This document shows positions 22,230 through 32,353 of a DNA stretch of 64,000 nt, one piece after another. The notes below the pieces were generated by a model that did no database searches, had not been told where the DNA came from, and worked only from the letters and a program-made list of their open reading frames with translations. Numbering within the stretch: position 1 is the first letter of the stretch; every line of letters starts with the position of its first letter. The position numbers and the translations under genes were made by a program. Source of the stretch: Spirochaetes bacterium GWB1_36_13. Its GTDB lineage: Bacteria; Spirochaetota; GWB1-36-13. The stretch is from the NCBI GenBank assembly GCA_001829155.1, contig MIAO01000136.1, positions 5,764 through 69,763 on the forward strand, read 5' to 3'.

Positions 22230-23442
22230 AAAACAAATTGTTATTGTAGATGATGATGAAATCTTTTTAAAACTGCTCAAAAGAATTTTGGAAGCATCCC
22301 GTTTTTTTGTTTATCCTGTTTCTTCTACAGAATTATTATTTGAATATATTAAAAACAATCATCAGATTATTTCTCTTATTATTATTGATGTTTTTTTGCC
22401 CCATGATCAGTTTAAAAAATTGATTGAGGTATTGAAAAAAGATCCTGATACAAAGTATATTCCTATCATTGCCATTACAGGTAAAAAAGACGGAGAACAG
22501 AGTAAAATTCTTTCATCAGGCTATGATCAGGAAATAGAAGACTTTATTTTCAAACCAATTAATCCAAATGAAATTATTCTCAGATGTTCAAGACTTATAA
22601 AATTAAGAGATACTTTTTTTTCACTGAAAGATAAAATAGAAGGATCCAATAAGCTGATTAATATCCTTGAGAAAAAGCTGAAGGACATTACCGTTATTTA
22701 TAATAACATACAATTAGAATATAAAAAACAGAAAAATTCTTTTGAAGAAAAAGAAGAATATTTTTACAGTATCGCACATGATATTAAATCGCCTTTAAAT
22801 AATATTACTCTTGGCATAGACCTTTATCTCCTTGACGCAGTCAATCTTAACTCAAACGATCATGAAAATCTTCTCGAAATAAAAAACACTGCTATTCGAA
22901 TCAGCGCCATGTTACAGGATTTTCTTTCGAAAGTCAAAGACGAGAAGATTGGAGAAATTTTGAATTTTCAATGGGTACACCCCTCTTCTATTCTGGAAAT
23001 TCTTTTAAGAGAATTTTATCCTGAGGCAAATCAGAAAGAATTGATTATGACTCTTGAAATGGATGAAAATTTATCAAATGTTTATTGGGACCAAGGTCAA
23101 ATTTTAAGAGTATTTAGTAATATTATTGACAATGCAATTAAATTCAGCCCTCAAAATGAAATGATTTTAATTCGTTTTAAACAGAAAAAAGAGCACTCTA
23201 CTATTACGATCGAAGATAATGGACCTGGAATTTCAGAACATGAAAAAGAAAAAGTTTTTGATCTTTTTTATCAGACGAATTTGAATGAGAAAAAATCCGG
23301 ATTTGGGATAGGATTGTCTTTTTGTAAAAAAATGATTGAAAAACATGGTGGAAGTATTCAAATTCAAAACAAGGAAAACCAAAAAGGAACCAGAGTGGTT
23401 GTTGAACTGCCAAATAACCCCTCTGAACTTTTTAAAGTCTAA
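22210..23442 (+). CDS. Hybrid two-component protein: N-terminal receiver followed by HisKA and HATPase
   Basis: REC domain (VIVDDDE...IIIDVFLP), H-box YSIAHDIKSPL, and ATPase G-boxes IEDNGPGI and GFGIGLSFCKKMIEKHGGSI. It overlaps the upstream mutase gene by 20 nt. Confidence 0.8.
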   Translation: MSSLLYEKQIVIVDDDEIFLKLLKRILEASRFFVYPVSSTELLFEYIKNNHQIISLIIIDVFLPHDQFKKLIEVLKKDPDTKYIPIIAITGKKDGEQSKILSSGYDQEIEDFIFKPINPNEIILRCSRLIKLRDTFFSLKDKIEGSNKLINILEKKLKDITVIYNNIQLEYKKQKNSFEEKEEYFYSIAHDIKSPLNNITLGIDLYLLDAVNLNSNDHENLLEIKNTAIRISAMLQDFLSKVKDEKIGEILNFQWVHPSSILEILLREFYPEANQKELIMTLEMDENLSNVYWDQGQILRVFSNIIDNAIKFSPQNEMILIRFKQKKEHSTITIEDNGPGISEHEKEKVFDLFYQTNLNEKKSGFGIGLSFCKKMIEKHGGSIQIQNKENQKGTRVVVELPNNPSELFKV

Positions 23443-23928
23443 TTATTCATTTTTTTGAAAATCTTTCATCAAAATAACATCTTCTGTTGTTAATATCCGA
23501 TCCATATTTAATAGCATAATCATTTTATCCTTGATTTTGGCAATACCAGATAAATACTGACTCTTTAGTTTAAGCCCGATTTCCGGCGCTTTTTCCATGG
23601 TTTCTTCATTAATATCCGTGACATCATGGACAGATTCCACTGTAATTCCCATGTTAAAGACACTTTTGACACCATGGATATCTACAATAATAAAAATAGT
23701 CCGGTCATTATACTGATTTTCCTGAAGACCAAATTTTAATCTCATATCAATAATTGGAATAATTTTCCCTCTAAGATTAATCACACCTTTGATAAATTTC
23801 AGAGTCTCGTGGACGGGAGTAATATTTACAAAGCGAATCACTTCTCTGACCTTTGAAATAGGAATACCGTAATATTCTTTATTCAAACTGAATATTAAAT
23901 ATTTAACAGAAGAAGCTTCAGCAGACAT
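23443..23928 (-). CDS. cheW: Chemotaxis coupling protein CheW
   Basis: 161 aa with the CheW-like domain pattern (YLIFSLNKEYYGIPISKVREVI...GVINLRGKIIPIIDMR). Confidence 0.85.
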   Translation of the reverse strand: MSAEASSVKYLIFSLNKEYYGIPISKVREVIRFVNITPVHETLKFIKGVINLRGKIIPIIDMRLKFGLQENQYNDRTIFIIVDIHGVKSVFNMGITVESVHDVTDINEETMEKAPEIGLKLKSQYLSGIAKIKDKMIMLLNMDRILTTEDVILMKDFQKNE

Positions 23929-23938
23929 CCTTATATCC

Positions 23939-24307
23939 TTAGGTTTTTTTCAGAAACATTTCCACTACTTTAATAAATCTTGGAGCATCGAAAGGTTTTA
24001 TTATCCAGCCTGTTGCGCCAAAATTTTTAGCTTTAATCATTTTATCTTTATCTGTCTCTGTGGTCAGCATAATGATCGGGGTGGAGCGGTCAATTTTTCT
24101 TACTTCTCCAACTAGTGTAATTCCATCCATATTCGGCATATTGACATCAAAGACATAAAGTTCAATACGGGAAGAATCTTTTTTTACTTTTTCTAAAGCT
24201 TCTACCCCATCCCTTGCCTCAAGAGTATCTTTATAACCATAAAGGTTTAATGCTTGTTTAACCACATCTCTGACAATGTCTGAATCATCTACAATAAGAA
24301 TCGCCAT
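23939..24307 (-). CDS. cheY: Chemotaxis response regulator CheY
   Basis: 122-aa single REC domain: ILIVDDS, phospho-Asp region FDVNMPNMDG, and the conserved K in GWIIKPF. Confidence 0.85.
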   Translation of the reverse strand: MAILIVDDSDIVRDVVKQALNLYGYKDTLEARDGVEALEKVKKDSSRIELYVFDVNMPNMDGITLVGEVRKIDRSTPIIMLTTETDKDKMIKAKNFGATGWIIKPFDAPRFIKVVEMFLKKT

Positions 24308-24376
24308 CGATAAAACTCCTTTGATAAATCTATATTCCTACTTAATTAAAAATAATAGCGAACGCTTAAAAAGAAA

Positions 24377-26911
24377 TTAATTTTTTTTTATTTTCTCCTC
24401 TAAATCTTTGACTTTATCTAAAAATCCATCAAGATCAACAACAAATCCAATTGTTCCATCACCGAAAATAGTGCCTCCGGAAAAAACCGCCAGATCATTT
24501 AAAACTTCACTCAAATTTTTAATAACAGTTTCCTGCTTGCCGATTACCTTATCGACCACTACAGCATAGTGTTTATTGTCATAAAAAATAATAATTGCCA
24601 CTAGATTATTGGTATCTTTTTTATATTCTGATTCCCCAAATATTTTTCCTGAAAAAATAACAGGAATATAAATGCCCCGGTTAAAAAGCATCATTGTGCC
24701 ATTATCCATAATACTGAGCATCTCTTCCTGAGGAACAATAATCTCATCCACCAGATTAAAGGGAAAAATATATTTATTTTCTCCCACCTCAGTAACAAAA
24801 CCTTCTATAATAGCAAGAGTTAATGGTAATTTAATAACAAATTTAGTAAATTCCTTTTCTTTGGAAAAAATTTCTATTTTCCCTCTGATTTCATCAATAT
24901 TTTTTTTAACAACATCCAGCCCCACTCCTCTTCCGGAAACCTCGGTTACTTTTTCAGCAGTTGAAAAACCAGGCTGGAACATTAAGTTATAGATTTCTTT
25001 TTCAGTTAGATTTTCAATCTTATCTTCTCCAAGAAGCCCTAACTGGAGAGCTTTCTCAATAATTCTTTCTTTTTTAATTCCTTTGCCGTCATCCCAAACC
25101 GATATTTCAATTCCATTTCCCTTATGTTCCGCAGAAATGATAATTTTTCCCACCCTGTCTTTCTTTCCTTTTTCTCTTTCGCCAGGGAATTCTATTCCAT
25201 GATCAACCGCATTTCTGACAATGTGCACCAATGGGTCATAAATCGTTTCTATGACATTCCGATCCAGTTCAGTATCCTCACCCCTGATATCTACAATCAC
25301 AGCCTTACCAAGCTCAGTAGTCGTATTTCTGATTACAACGCGAAGTTTATTAAAGACTTCGGCAATCGGAACCATTCCCATCGATAAAACAATGTTTTTA
25401 ATATTCGTGCTGATTCCTTCCAATTGAGAAATCACTCTTTCACGAACCGCTTTATTATCCATTTTGCTGTCTGTTAAGATCTGTCTGAGCATAGATTGAT
25501 TGATGACCAGTTCGCCGACTGTATCCACCAGTAAGTTCAGCCGGTCGTTGGACACTCTGACATAACTTGATTTTTTTAAAGAAGAAGTTTGTTTATTGAC
25601 CGCATTTTCAAGTTCTGTTGGAGTGATCATCTTTTCTTCAACAGCGATTTCACCAAATTTTTTAGATGTTTCTTTTTGTTTTTGAAGAATGTGTTTCACA
25701 TCTTTGACTCTTAAAAGTCCTTCTTCTTCCAGAATCTGCCCGATTTTCTTAAAAGAATACTGTTCTAAAATCTTTTTTATCAATCGAATATAACTAAAAA
25801 TATCTACTTTTTTAAAACTCTCCACCATTTTTTCAATTTTAAATTGGTTCACTTCCATAATAGATGTTAAATTGCGAAGAAGTTCTATTCCTATAAAAAT
25901 TACATCGATCAATTCTGAAGTAATTCTTAATTTTCCATCCCGGACCAAAACCAGAAGGTTTTCCATCTGATGCCCGACTTCTTCAATGTTTTTAAGTCCT
26001 AAAAAAGCTGAGGAACCTTTTGCCGTATGAAAAGCTCTAAAAATTTTATTGATATTTTCCTGATTCGTCTCATCATATTCTAAATCAACTAAAGTATATT
26101 GAGCCTTATTCATATGATCATTAATTTCATCACAGAGTTGAGAAAGCATTTTCTCGTCCTGAATAATATTATTAAAGTAATTTTTAGAATATTTATCGCT
26201 TAAAGATTCATTGAGCTGCATTTTTTCTTTTATCTGATTTATTTTCTGATTTCTTTGATCATGTTTTTTATTTAAAATATTTATATCGATTTCATTTTTA
26301 TAAAACAATATAATATCTTTCAGTGATTCAAGAGCAGATTTTTTTATAGCTTCATTTTCATTTGTAAAAAGAAACGCTTCAATTAAAAAAGCAAAATCTT
26401 GTAAACAGCATTCAATTGAAGAGTTTTTTTCAATTTGTTTTTGTAAATTTTCAAAATCTTCCTTTATTTCTGAAATTAAAAAAAGATCGCCGTTTTCAAG
26501 ATTCTCAACTTTATTAATTATTAGATTCACAGAAGAAAAAAGTTCATTTTTTTTATTCTGAGCAAACTCCGATTTAAATTTTTTAATTTCCGCTATTGTC
26601 TCATTAATCATTTGAATAGCTGTTTTCTTTTTTTCAGGAACATTCAATAAATCATAAATACTTTGGTTTGCCGCTTGAAATAATTCAAGTATTTTTTCTT
26701 CTTTTTCAGGCTCTAAAAGACTTTCCGCCAGTTCGTAAAGTATCAAAATAAATTTTGTGAGATTTTTAAGCCCTTCTCCTTCAGAAAGTTTTAAATTGAG
26801 TTCTTCGTATAAATCTTTTATTTCTGCGACAGCAAAAAGATCTCCGGATTCAAATTTTGAATTTTTCTCAATTAATTTTTTAATTAATAAACTAACTTCA
26901 TCAGAATTCAT
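24377..26911 (-). CDS. cheA: Chemotaxis histidine kinase CheA with a ~280-aa N-terminal extension before the HPt domain
   Basis: HPt FRAFHTAKGSSAFLGL, HATPase (HGIEFPG..., GRGVGLDVV), and a C-terminal CheW-like domain. Residues 1-280 have no CheA counterpart and contain an internal repeat. Confidence 0.9.
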   Translation of the reverse strand: MNSDEVSLLIKKLIEKNSKFESGDLFAVAEIKDLYEELNLKLSEGEGLKNLTKFILILYELAESLLEPEKEEKILELFQAANQSIYDLLNVPEKKKTAIQMINETIAEIKKFKSEFAQNKKNELFSSVNLIINKVENLENGDLFLISEIKEDFENLQKQIEKNSSIECCLQDFAFLIEAFLFTNENEAIKKSALESLKDIILFYKNEIDINILNKKHDQRNQKINQIKEKMQLNESLSDKYSKNYFNNIIQDEKMLSQLCDEINDHMNKAQYTLVDLEYDETNQENINKIFRAFHTAKGSSAFLGLKNIEEVGHQMENLLVLVRDGKLRITSELIDVIFIGIELLRNLTSIMEVNQFKIEKMVESFKKVDIFSYIRLIKKILEQYSFKKIGQILEEEGLLRVKDVKHILQKQKETSKKFGEIAVEEKMITPTELENAVNKQTSSLKKSSYVRVSNDRLNLLVDTVGELVINQSMLRQILTDSKMDNKAVRERVISQLEGISTNIKNIVLSMGMVPIAEVFNKLRVVIRNTTTELGKAVIVDIRGEDTELDRNVIETIYDPLVHIVRNAVDHGIEFPGEREKGKKDRVGKIIISAEHKGNGIEISVWDDGKGIKKERIIEKALQLGLLGEDKIENLTEKEIYNLMFQPGFSTAEKVTEVSGRGVGLDVVKKNIDEIRGKIEIFSKEKEFTKFVIKLPLTLAIIEGFVTEVGENKYIFPFNLVDEIIVPQEEMLSIMDNGTMMLFNRGIYIPVIFSGKIFGESEYKKDTNNLVAIIIFYDNKHYAVVVDKVIGKQETVIKNLSEVLNDLAVFSGGTIFGDGTIGFVVDLDGFLDKVKDLEEKIKKN

Positions 26912-27782
26912 TTTTCACTTCTTTTTTCATTTTTTTTAATTCTTCTGACAAAATCTCATCTAAAGAATGAGATTCCAAAAGAGAATAAGGAATAGAATGA
27001 ATGTCGGCAAACAGAGTGTAGTTTCTTTTATGTTTTTTAAAAAAAGCTTCTATTGAAGAATCGATTTTTTCTTTAATATGGCTTATATTGATATCAAAAC
27101 TTCCTCGGCTCATAACTGCAACTGTATTTTCATCCAGTCTTGAAAATAAACTTGTGTTTTGAAAGGCTGTTTTCGTCAATTCAGCAACATCAGACCAAAA
27201 ATTGGTTATTTCTTCTTCTGTCCATGATTTTTTTTGAATTAAGGAATATGAAAATTGAATCAGTGTAATATAAATTTTATTTTCAGCCCATTCTGATACT
27301 TTTATAAATTGCTTGGCTAAGGATAAAAAACCTTCTTTATTATAAAAACCTGTTTTTTCATCCATAATCTGCTTTTCTTTTAAATAAATTTCTTTTTTAT
27401 TGGAAAACCCCAAAGCAAAATAAACTGACTCAATTAATATTTCAGAATTAATTTCATCTTTTATAAGATAGTTTGAAACTCCGTTTGCAACTGCATCCAT
27501 ACCTATTTCTTCATCATCCAGTCCTGTAAGAATGATAATCGGAATATGCGGAAATAAACTGTGAAGATGCATAAAAGTGTCTTTTCCCCGGCTGTCAGGA
27601 AGGAAAATATCCAGAAGGATCACATCAAAAGCCTCTTTATGAACAAGCTGTATTCCTTCATTGAGAGACTGTACTGAATAAAGAACTATTTCCGGATGTT
27701 TTGCTTCCTGAAAAGCTTCTTCAACTAATCTTTTATCTCCTTCATTGTCTTCAATTAAAAGAATTTTCATCATCAGCTCCAA
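26901..27782 (-). CDS. Response regulator with REC plus a degenerate GGDEF-like domain
   Basis: REC (ILLIEDNEGD...ILLDIFLPD). Then DEKTGFYNKEGF (like DxLTGLxNRRxF) and RLDENTVAV in place of the RYGGEEF active site. Confidence 0.6.
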   Translation of the reverse strand: MELMMKILLIEDNEGDKRLVEEAFQEAKHPEIVLYSVQSLNEGIQLVHKEAFDVILLDIFLPDSRGKDTFMHLHSLFPHIPIIILTGLDDEEIGMDAVANGVSNYLIKDEINSEILIESVYFALGFSNKKEIYLKEKQIMDEKTGFYNKEGFLSLAKQFIKVSEWAENKIYITLIQFSYSLIQKKSWTEEEITNFWSDVAELTKTAFQNTSLFSRLDENTVAVMSRGSFDINISHIKEKIDSSIEAFFKKHKRNYTLFADIHSIPYSLLESHSLDEILSEELKKMKKEVKNEF

Positions 27783-28243
27783 TTCGGAAGAATAACAGTC
27801 TGCAGCCAGAAATCTTTTATTACTTTCACAATTTGAAGATAATCAAGATAATTTGAAGGTTTAATTATATAACAATTAGCCAGTTCGTGATAGGCTAAAT
27901 TCACATCCTCTTTTCTATCAGAACTTGAAAATATAATAATAGGAATGCTGTTTAAAACTTCATCCTGCTTTACTTCCCTTAAAACTTCGTGCCCGCTTTT
28001 TTTAGGAAGATTTAAATCTAATAAAATAAAATCCGGAACTTCAGATCCTGTTTTCTTCTGATTCTCCAAATAGAATAAAGCTTCTTCCCCATCATAAACA
28101 CAGGAAAAATCAACAGGTGTTTCTGACTCTTTAAAAGCTTCCTGAATTAAACGGATATCGCCGGGATTGTCTTCTACCAGTAAAACATTAATTTTATTTG
28201 AATTTTTTTTAGGTTTAATAAATGGATTGTTTCCAGAAAACAT
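27773..28243 (-). CDS. Single-domain response regulator (REC only)
   Basis: VLLVEDNPGD, LLDLNLPKKSG, and the conserved K in IIKP. Confidence 0.8.
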   Translation of the reverse strand: MFSGNNPFIKPKKNSNKINVLLVEDNPGDIRLIQEAFKESETPVDFSCVYDGEEALFYLENQKKTGSEVPDFILLDLNLPKKSGHEVLREVKQDEVLNSIPIIIFSSSDRKEDVNLAYHELANCYIIKPSNYLDYLQIVKVIKDFWLQTVILPNWS

Positions 28244-28327
28244 TTTTCCTCCTTAAAAAGCAGTCTATAAAACAAGCAATAGGTCTAAAAATAAATTTAA
28301 TCATTTTTAAACTAAAATGATAATAAA

Positions 28328-29743
28328 TTAAGGTTTTGGAAGGGTGAAATAAAAAATACTCCCCTTCCCTTTTTCTGATTCGAGCCAGATTTTTCCGCCG
28401 TAAACTTCTGCTATTTTTTTACAGACTGATAACCCCAACCCTGTTTTTTCATTATTTTTCGGATTCAGCTTATGAAAAAACTGGAATATTTTAGAAAAAT
28501 ATTCTTTATCTATACCAATTCCATTATCTTCAATCGAAAATTGATAAAAAGCATCTTCTTCTTTTACTTTGACAATAATTTTAATATTTTCTTTTCTTTT
28601 AAAATCAATCGCATTTTTTATCAAATTTTCAAAAAGTTGAAAAAAAAGAAAATAATCCCCCTGAAGTACAGGCAGAGGAGCAACTAAAAGATTCAGTTTT
28701 ATATCAAAACATTCTTCTTTTATTTTTTGAGTTATAGAATCCAGAATTTTATTTAAATCAACTTCTGTTTTATTTTCAGAGCGTTTTTGAATCTGAGCAT
28801 AATTTGAAAAACCAAAGATTAAATTCTTCATTTTATCTGAGTTATAAATAATGTAGTTTAAATGTTCTATTACTTCATCTGAAAATTGATTTTTAAATTT
28901 TTGAATCAGTAATTTAGCATAAACCGATATCATTCTAACCGGTTCCTGAAGATCATGGGAGGCAGAATAATTAAACTGCTCAAGATCATTACTATATTGT
29001 TCGTTTTCTTTTAAAGCCGATTTTAAATCCTGTTCTATTTGAATTCTTCTCATATTTTCTTCTTCAAGTTTTTTATTTGCCAATTGAAGTTCATGTGTTC
29101 TTTTTATCACTTCTTTTTCAGTCGATTCATAAGATTGAATCAAAGCTTCAAAAAGCTTTTTTTGATGAGTAATAATCCTGCCGATACTCTGAATTTGTAT
29201 GAGATTTCCAGTCTGATCAAAAAAACCCTGGTTCAAACATTCAATCCAAATTAACTCATTGGTTTTAGAGAGAATACGGATATCAACGCTGTTGAAAGGA
29301 AGGTCTTCTGAAAGAGATAAGAAAAAACTGCTGATTCTTTCACGGTCATCAGCATAGACAATGTCTAAAAAAGATATTTGATCGATTTTCTCCAACCCTA
29401 AAAGATGTTTTCCACTTTGATTTATAAAATCAATCCTAAAATTTTCCCGATTGAGTTTAAAAACAATATCTCCATAATGATCCACAATATTTTGATAAAA
29501 AAGCTTTGTTTCATAAATTTTCTGATTTTTCTCTTTTTCAATTTTTTTTAATAAAAAGAAAATAGTAAAAAAGAATAGAATATGAAAAAGAAAATAGAAA
29601 AACTGGACTATTAATTCTTTTTGATCGTTCAATAATTTAAAAACGAAAACTTTTTCAACAAAAATATCCAATAAAATAAATACAAAAATATCCACTACAA
29701 TTAGAAAATATAAAAGATTTTTTTTACTTTTTTTGTTTTTCAT
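28328..29743 (-). CDS. Membrane sensor histidine kinase with a PAS domain
   Basis: N-terminal TM helices, PAS-like region, coiled coil, H-box YSASHDLQEPVRMI, and HATPase IEDNGIGI...GLGLSVCKKIAEVYGGKIW. Confidence 0.85.
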   Translation of the reverse strand: MKNKKSKKNLLYFLIVVDIFVFILLDIFVEKVFVFKLLNDQKELIVQFFYFLFHILFFFTIFFLLKKIEKEKNQKIYETKLFYQNIVDHYGDIVFKLNRENFRIDFINQSGKHLLGLEKIDQISFLDIVYADDRERISSFFLSLSEDLPFNSVDIRILSKTNELIWIECLNQGFFDQTGNLIQIQSIGRIITHQKKLFEALIQSYESTEKEVIKRTHELQLANKKLEEENMRRIQIEQDLKSALKENEQYSNDLEQFNYSASHDLQEPVRMISVYAKLLIQKFKNQFSDEVIEHLNYIIYNSDKMKNLIFGFSNYAQIQKRSENKTEVDLNKILDSITQKIKEECFDIKLNLLVAPLPVLQGDYFLFFQLFENLIKNAIDFKRKENIKIIVKVKEEDAFYQFSIEDNGIGIDKEYFSKIFQFFHKLNPKNNEKTGLGLSVCKKIAEVYGGKIWLESEKGKGSIFYFTLPKP

Positions 29744-29873
29744 TCTTTGCTTTTATAATTTATATTATTTCTATTAGAATAAATTTAAAGATAATTTAGT
29801 TTTTTTATAAATTTTTATTTAATTTTATTTAGAATAAATAGAAATATAAATTATAATAATAAAAAAACCAGGT

Positions 29874-31505
29874 ATGGTAAGTATGATTAATAAACAAAAA
29901 GTAAGTGAAAAAGATTTTTTTTTACAGACAAAATCTTTTTCCAGATCCTTTACCTTATCTTTTATTTTTATCATTTTTTTATTTTCTTGTTTAATGTCGC
30001 TTTGGCTTTATTATCACCCGAATACTGAATATTTAATTCCATCTGTTGTTATTTTTCTTTTTTTTATCATTTTCTTTATTTTTTTCATGAAATTGATAAA
30101 AAGAAAAATGAATCATTATTCTTCACAGGTGAAAAAAACTCTTTCAACCGCTCTTTATACTCCGATCCCTCAGTTAGAAATTATCATTAGTTTTTTTATC
30201 TCACTTTTAAATATTTCTAAAAGCGATGAAAAAAACACCATTCTTCATGAAAAATACGAGTCTATTAAAATAAATATATCTTCGGTTAAAGATTTTATTT
30301 CTTCTGTGCACTTTTATCAACAACTTTTAAAAGACAGTCATTTTATAGAACCGCCCCTTCTTATTTTTTTGGAAGAAGAAATGAAGAGAATCAATATCGG
30401 ACTTTATGATTTAAGCTTGGTCATGTCTGGAAATATTGAGGATTTTTCAGGGATTTATTTTAAAGCAAAAAACAACCTTGAAAAATTCAACGAAACAATG
30501 GCAAGCCTGATTTATTATCTCCAGAATATGATCCCCATTATTTCAGACATGAGCGGATCTTCCATTCAATTTTCCAAGAAAATCATGTTTGAAGTAATCC
30601 AGAAATTTAAAGAAATCTCGAATTTCAGTTTTGAAATCAACAAAGATATTGAAAAAGTGATGCAGAGCCTGATGGACGAAAACCAGCATGATACTCTTGC
30701 CTATATTATTAAACAAGCGCATCAGGTAATAACGGATTTTGAAATGTTTTTTAAAAACATCAACAATCTGAAATCTTTGTCAGATGAATTTATCACAAAA
30801 ACAGGAGAAAAACTGAACAATATTGCCTCTATGGCTAATTCAATTGAGAAAATAGCCTCAACAATGAAAGTAATCTCTCTCAATGTGAATATAGAAGCGG
30901 CGAAAACATCCGGGAACGATGCAAAAGGATTTCTGGTTCTTGGAAAAGACTTAAAAGAATTTGCTGATAAAACAATGAAGTTTGCCCAAGATGTAAAAAC
31001 AAAAGTAAAAGACGCAATTCATTCTACTGAAAATATGGGAAAAAATTATCACGGTTCAATGGATGAAGTCTTTATTTATATGGAAGAAATAAAAAAATCT
31101 CTTGAAAGTTTTGAAAAAATTATCCAAGCCTCTTTTGGAAAAATCAAAATGGTGGTTTCAACTCTTCAAAACTTTTCAAATAACATTGATAAAGATGTGA
31201 AATCAATCGTAGGAAAACTTCAAACCTATGATATTACCAGTCAGGAAGTAGAACATATCAGTCTTTTTATTTCAAATATTTTTAAACTTTTTGAATCTTA
31301 TCAATCAGAAATTAATTTTGATAATGTTTTACATGAAAATAAAAAACTGGAAATAAAAGAAGAAATTCTTACCAATATTCAAAAAGTCATCACAACCGGC
31401 GGTGAAAGCATTATATTGAAAAAATACGCTGAAATTTTTGGAGTAAAGCTCCAAGGCAGCGGACATATTGATACAGATAAAGAAGAAAGTGTAATTTTAT
31501 TTTAA
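29874..31505 (+). CDS. Methyl-accepting chemotaxis protein-like transducer with a minimal periplasmic loop
   Basis: Two TM helices separated by about 8 residues. Signalling-domain core IASTMKVISLNVNIEAAKTSGNDAKGFLVLGKDLKEFADKT matches the MCP consensus LALNAAIEAARAGExGRGFAVVAxEVRxLAxxT. Confidence 0.7.
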   Translation: MVSMINKQKVSEKDFFLQTKSFSRSFTLSFIFIIFLFSCLMSLWLYYHPNTEYLIPSVVIFLFFIIFFIFFMKLIKRKMNHYSSQVKKTLSTALYTPIPQLEIIISFFISLLNISKSDEKNTILHEKYESIKINISSVKDFISSVHFYQQLLKDSHFIEPPLLIFLEEEMKRINIGLYDLSLVMSGNIEDFSGIYFKAKNNLEKFNETMASLIYYLQNMIPIISDMSGSSIQFSKKIMFEVIQKFKEISNFSFEINKDIEKVMQSLMDENQHDTLAYIIKQAHQVITDFEMFFKNINNLKSLSDEFITKTGEKLNNIASMANSIEKIASTMKVISLNVNIEAAKTSGNDAKGFLVLGKDLKEFADKTMKFAQDVKTKVKDAIHSTENMGKNYHGSMDEVFIYMEEIKKSLESFEKIIQASFGKIKMVVSTLQNFSNNIDKDVKSIVGKLQTYDITSQEVEHISLFISNIFKLFESYQSEINFDNVLHENKKLEIKEEILTNIQKVITTGGESIILKKYAEIFGVKLQGSGHIDTDKEESVILF

Positions 31506-31513
31506 GGGAAAAA

Positions 31514-32341
31514 ATGAATACTTTAGAAAATGAAGATATTTCAAATGCAACTTTTTTAAAAATTTCAGATTTTTTATTTAAAACAACGGGCATAAAATTA
31601 AAAGAATATAAAAAGTATCTTGTCCTCCATAGGCTTTCAAAATTTGTCGGATTCGGAAGACCTTTTAAGAATTTTGAAGAATACTATCAAAAATTGACAG
31701 AAGACAAAAGCGGAGAAATATTAACCAGTTTTATTAATGCTTTAACCACTAATTTCAGCTTTTTTTTCAGAGAATCGGTACATTTTGATTTTCTCAGGCA
31801 TTATCTATTGGAAAAATCAAATGAACAAAATGAATTTCGCATCTGGAGCGCTGCCTGCTCTACGGGAGAAGAACCTTATTCTATTGCGGTTTCCGCTTTG
31901 CAGACTCTTCCCCATTTTTCAAAAGACGGCTTAAAAATTTTAGCCACTGATATTTCTACAAAAGTCCTCAATACAGCTCATCAGGGAATTTATAATTATT
32001 CAAAAGTAAAAGGACATATTCAAGATAATGAATTAAAAAAATATTTTATTTTTCATTCCAAACAAAATGATTTTCATGTCAAAGAAGATGTTAAAAACAT
32101 GATTGCTTTCCGCTACCTGAATCTTCTTGAATCTTATCCCTTCACAAAGTATTTTGACATTGTATTTTTAAGAAATGTTTTGATTTATTTTGATAACCAG
32201 GAAAAAGAAATCATAATCAATAAAATTTACCCTTATATAAAACCGGGCGGATATATTATTTTAGGACTTTCTGAAAGTATGGTTGGAATTAATCACCGCT
32301 TTACCAATATAAAAAGCTCAATTTATCAAAAAAAATTATAA
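31514..32341 (+). CDS. cheR: Chemotaxis protein methyltransferase CheR
   Basis: RIWSAACSTGEEPYSIA SAM-binding motif and the CheR N-terminal helical domain. Confidence 0.9.
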   Translation: MNTLENEDISNATFLKISDFLFKTTGIKLKEYKKYLVLHRLSKFVGFGRPFKNFEEYYQKLTEDKSGEILTSFINALTTNFSFFFRESVHFDFLRHYLLEKSNEQNEFRIWSAACSTGEEPYSIAVSALQTLPHFSKDGLKILATDISTKVLNTAHQGIYNYSKVKGHIQDNELKKYFIFHSKQNDFHVKEDVKNMIAFRYLNLLESYPFTKYFDIVFLRNVLIYFDNQEKEIIINKIYPYIKPGGYIILGLSESMVGINHRFTNIKSSIYQKKL

Positions 32342-32353
32342 AAAGGAAAAAAG

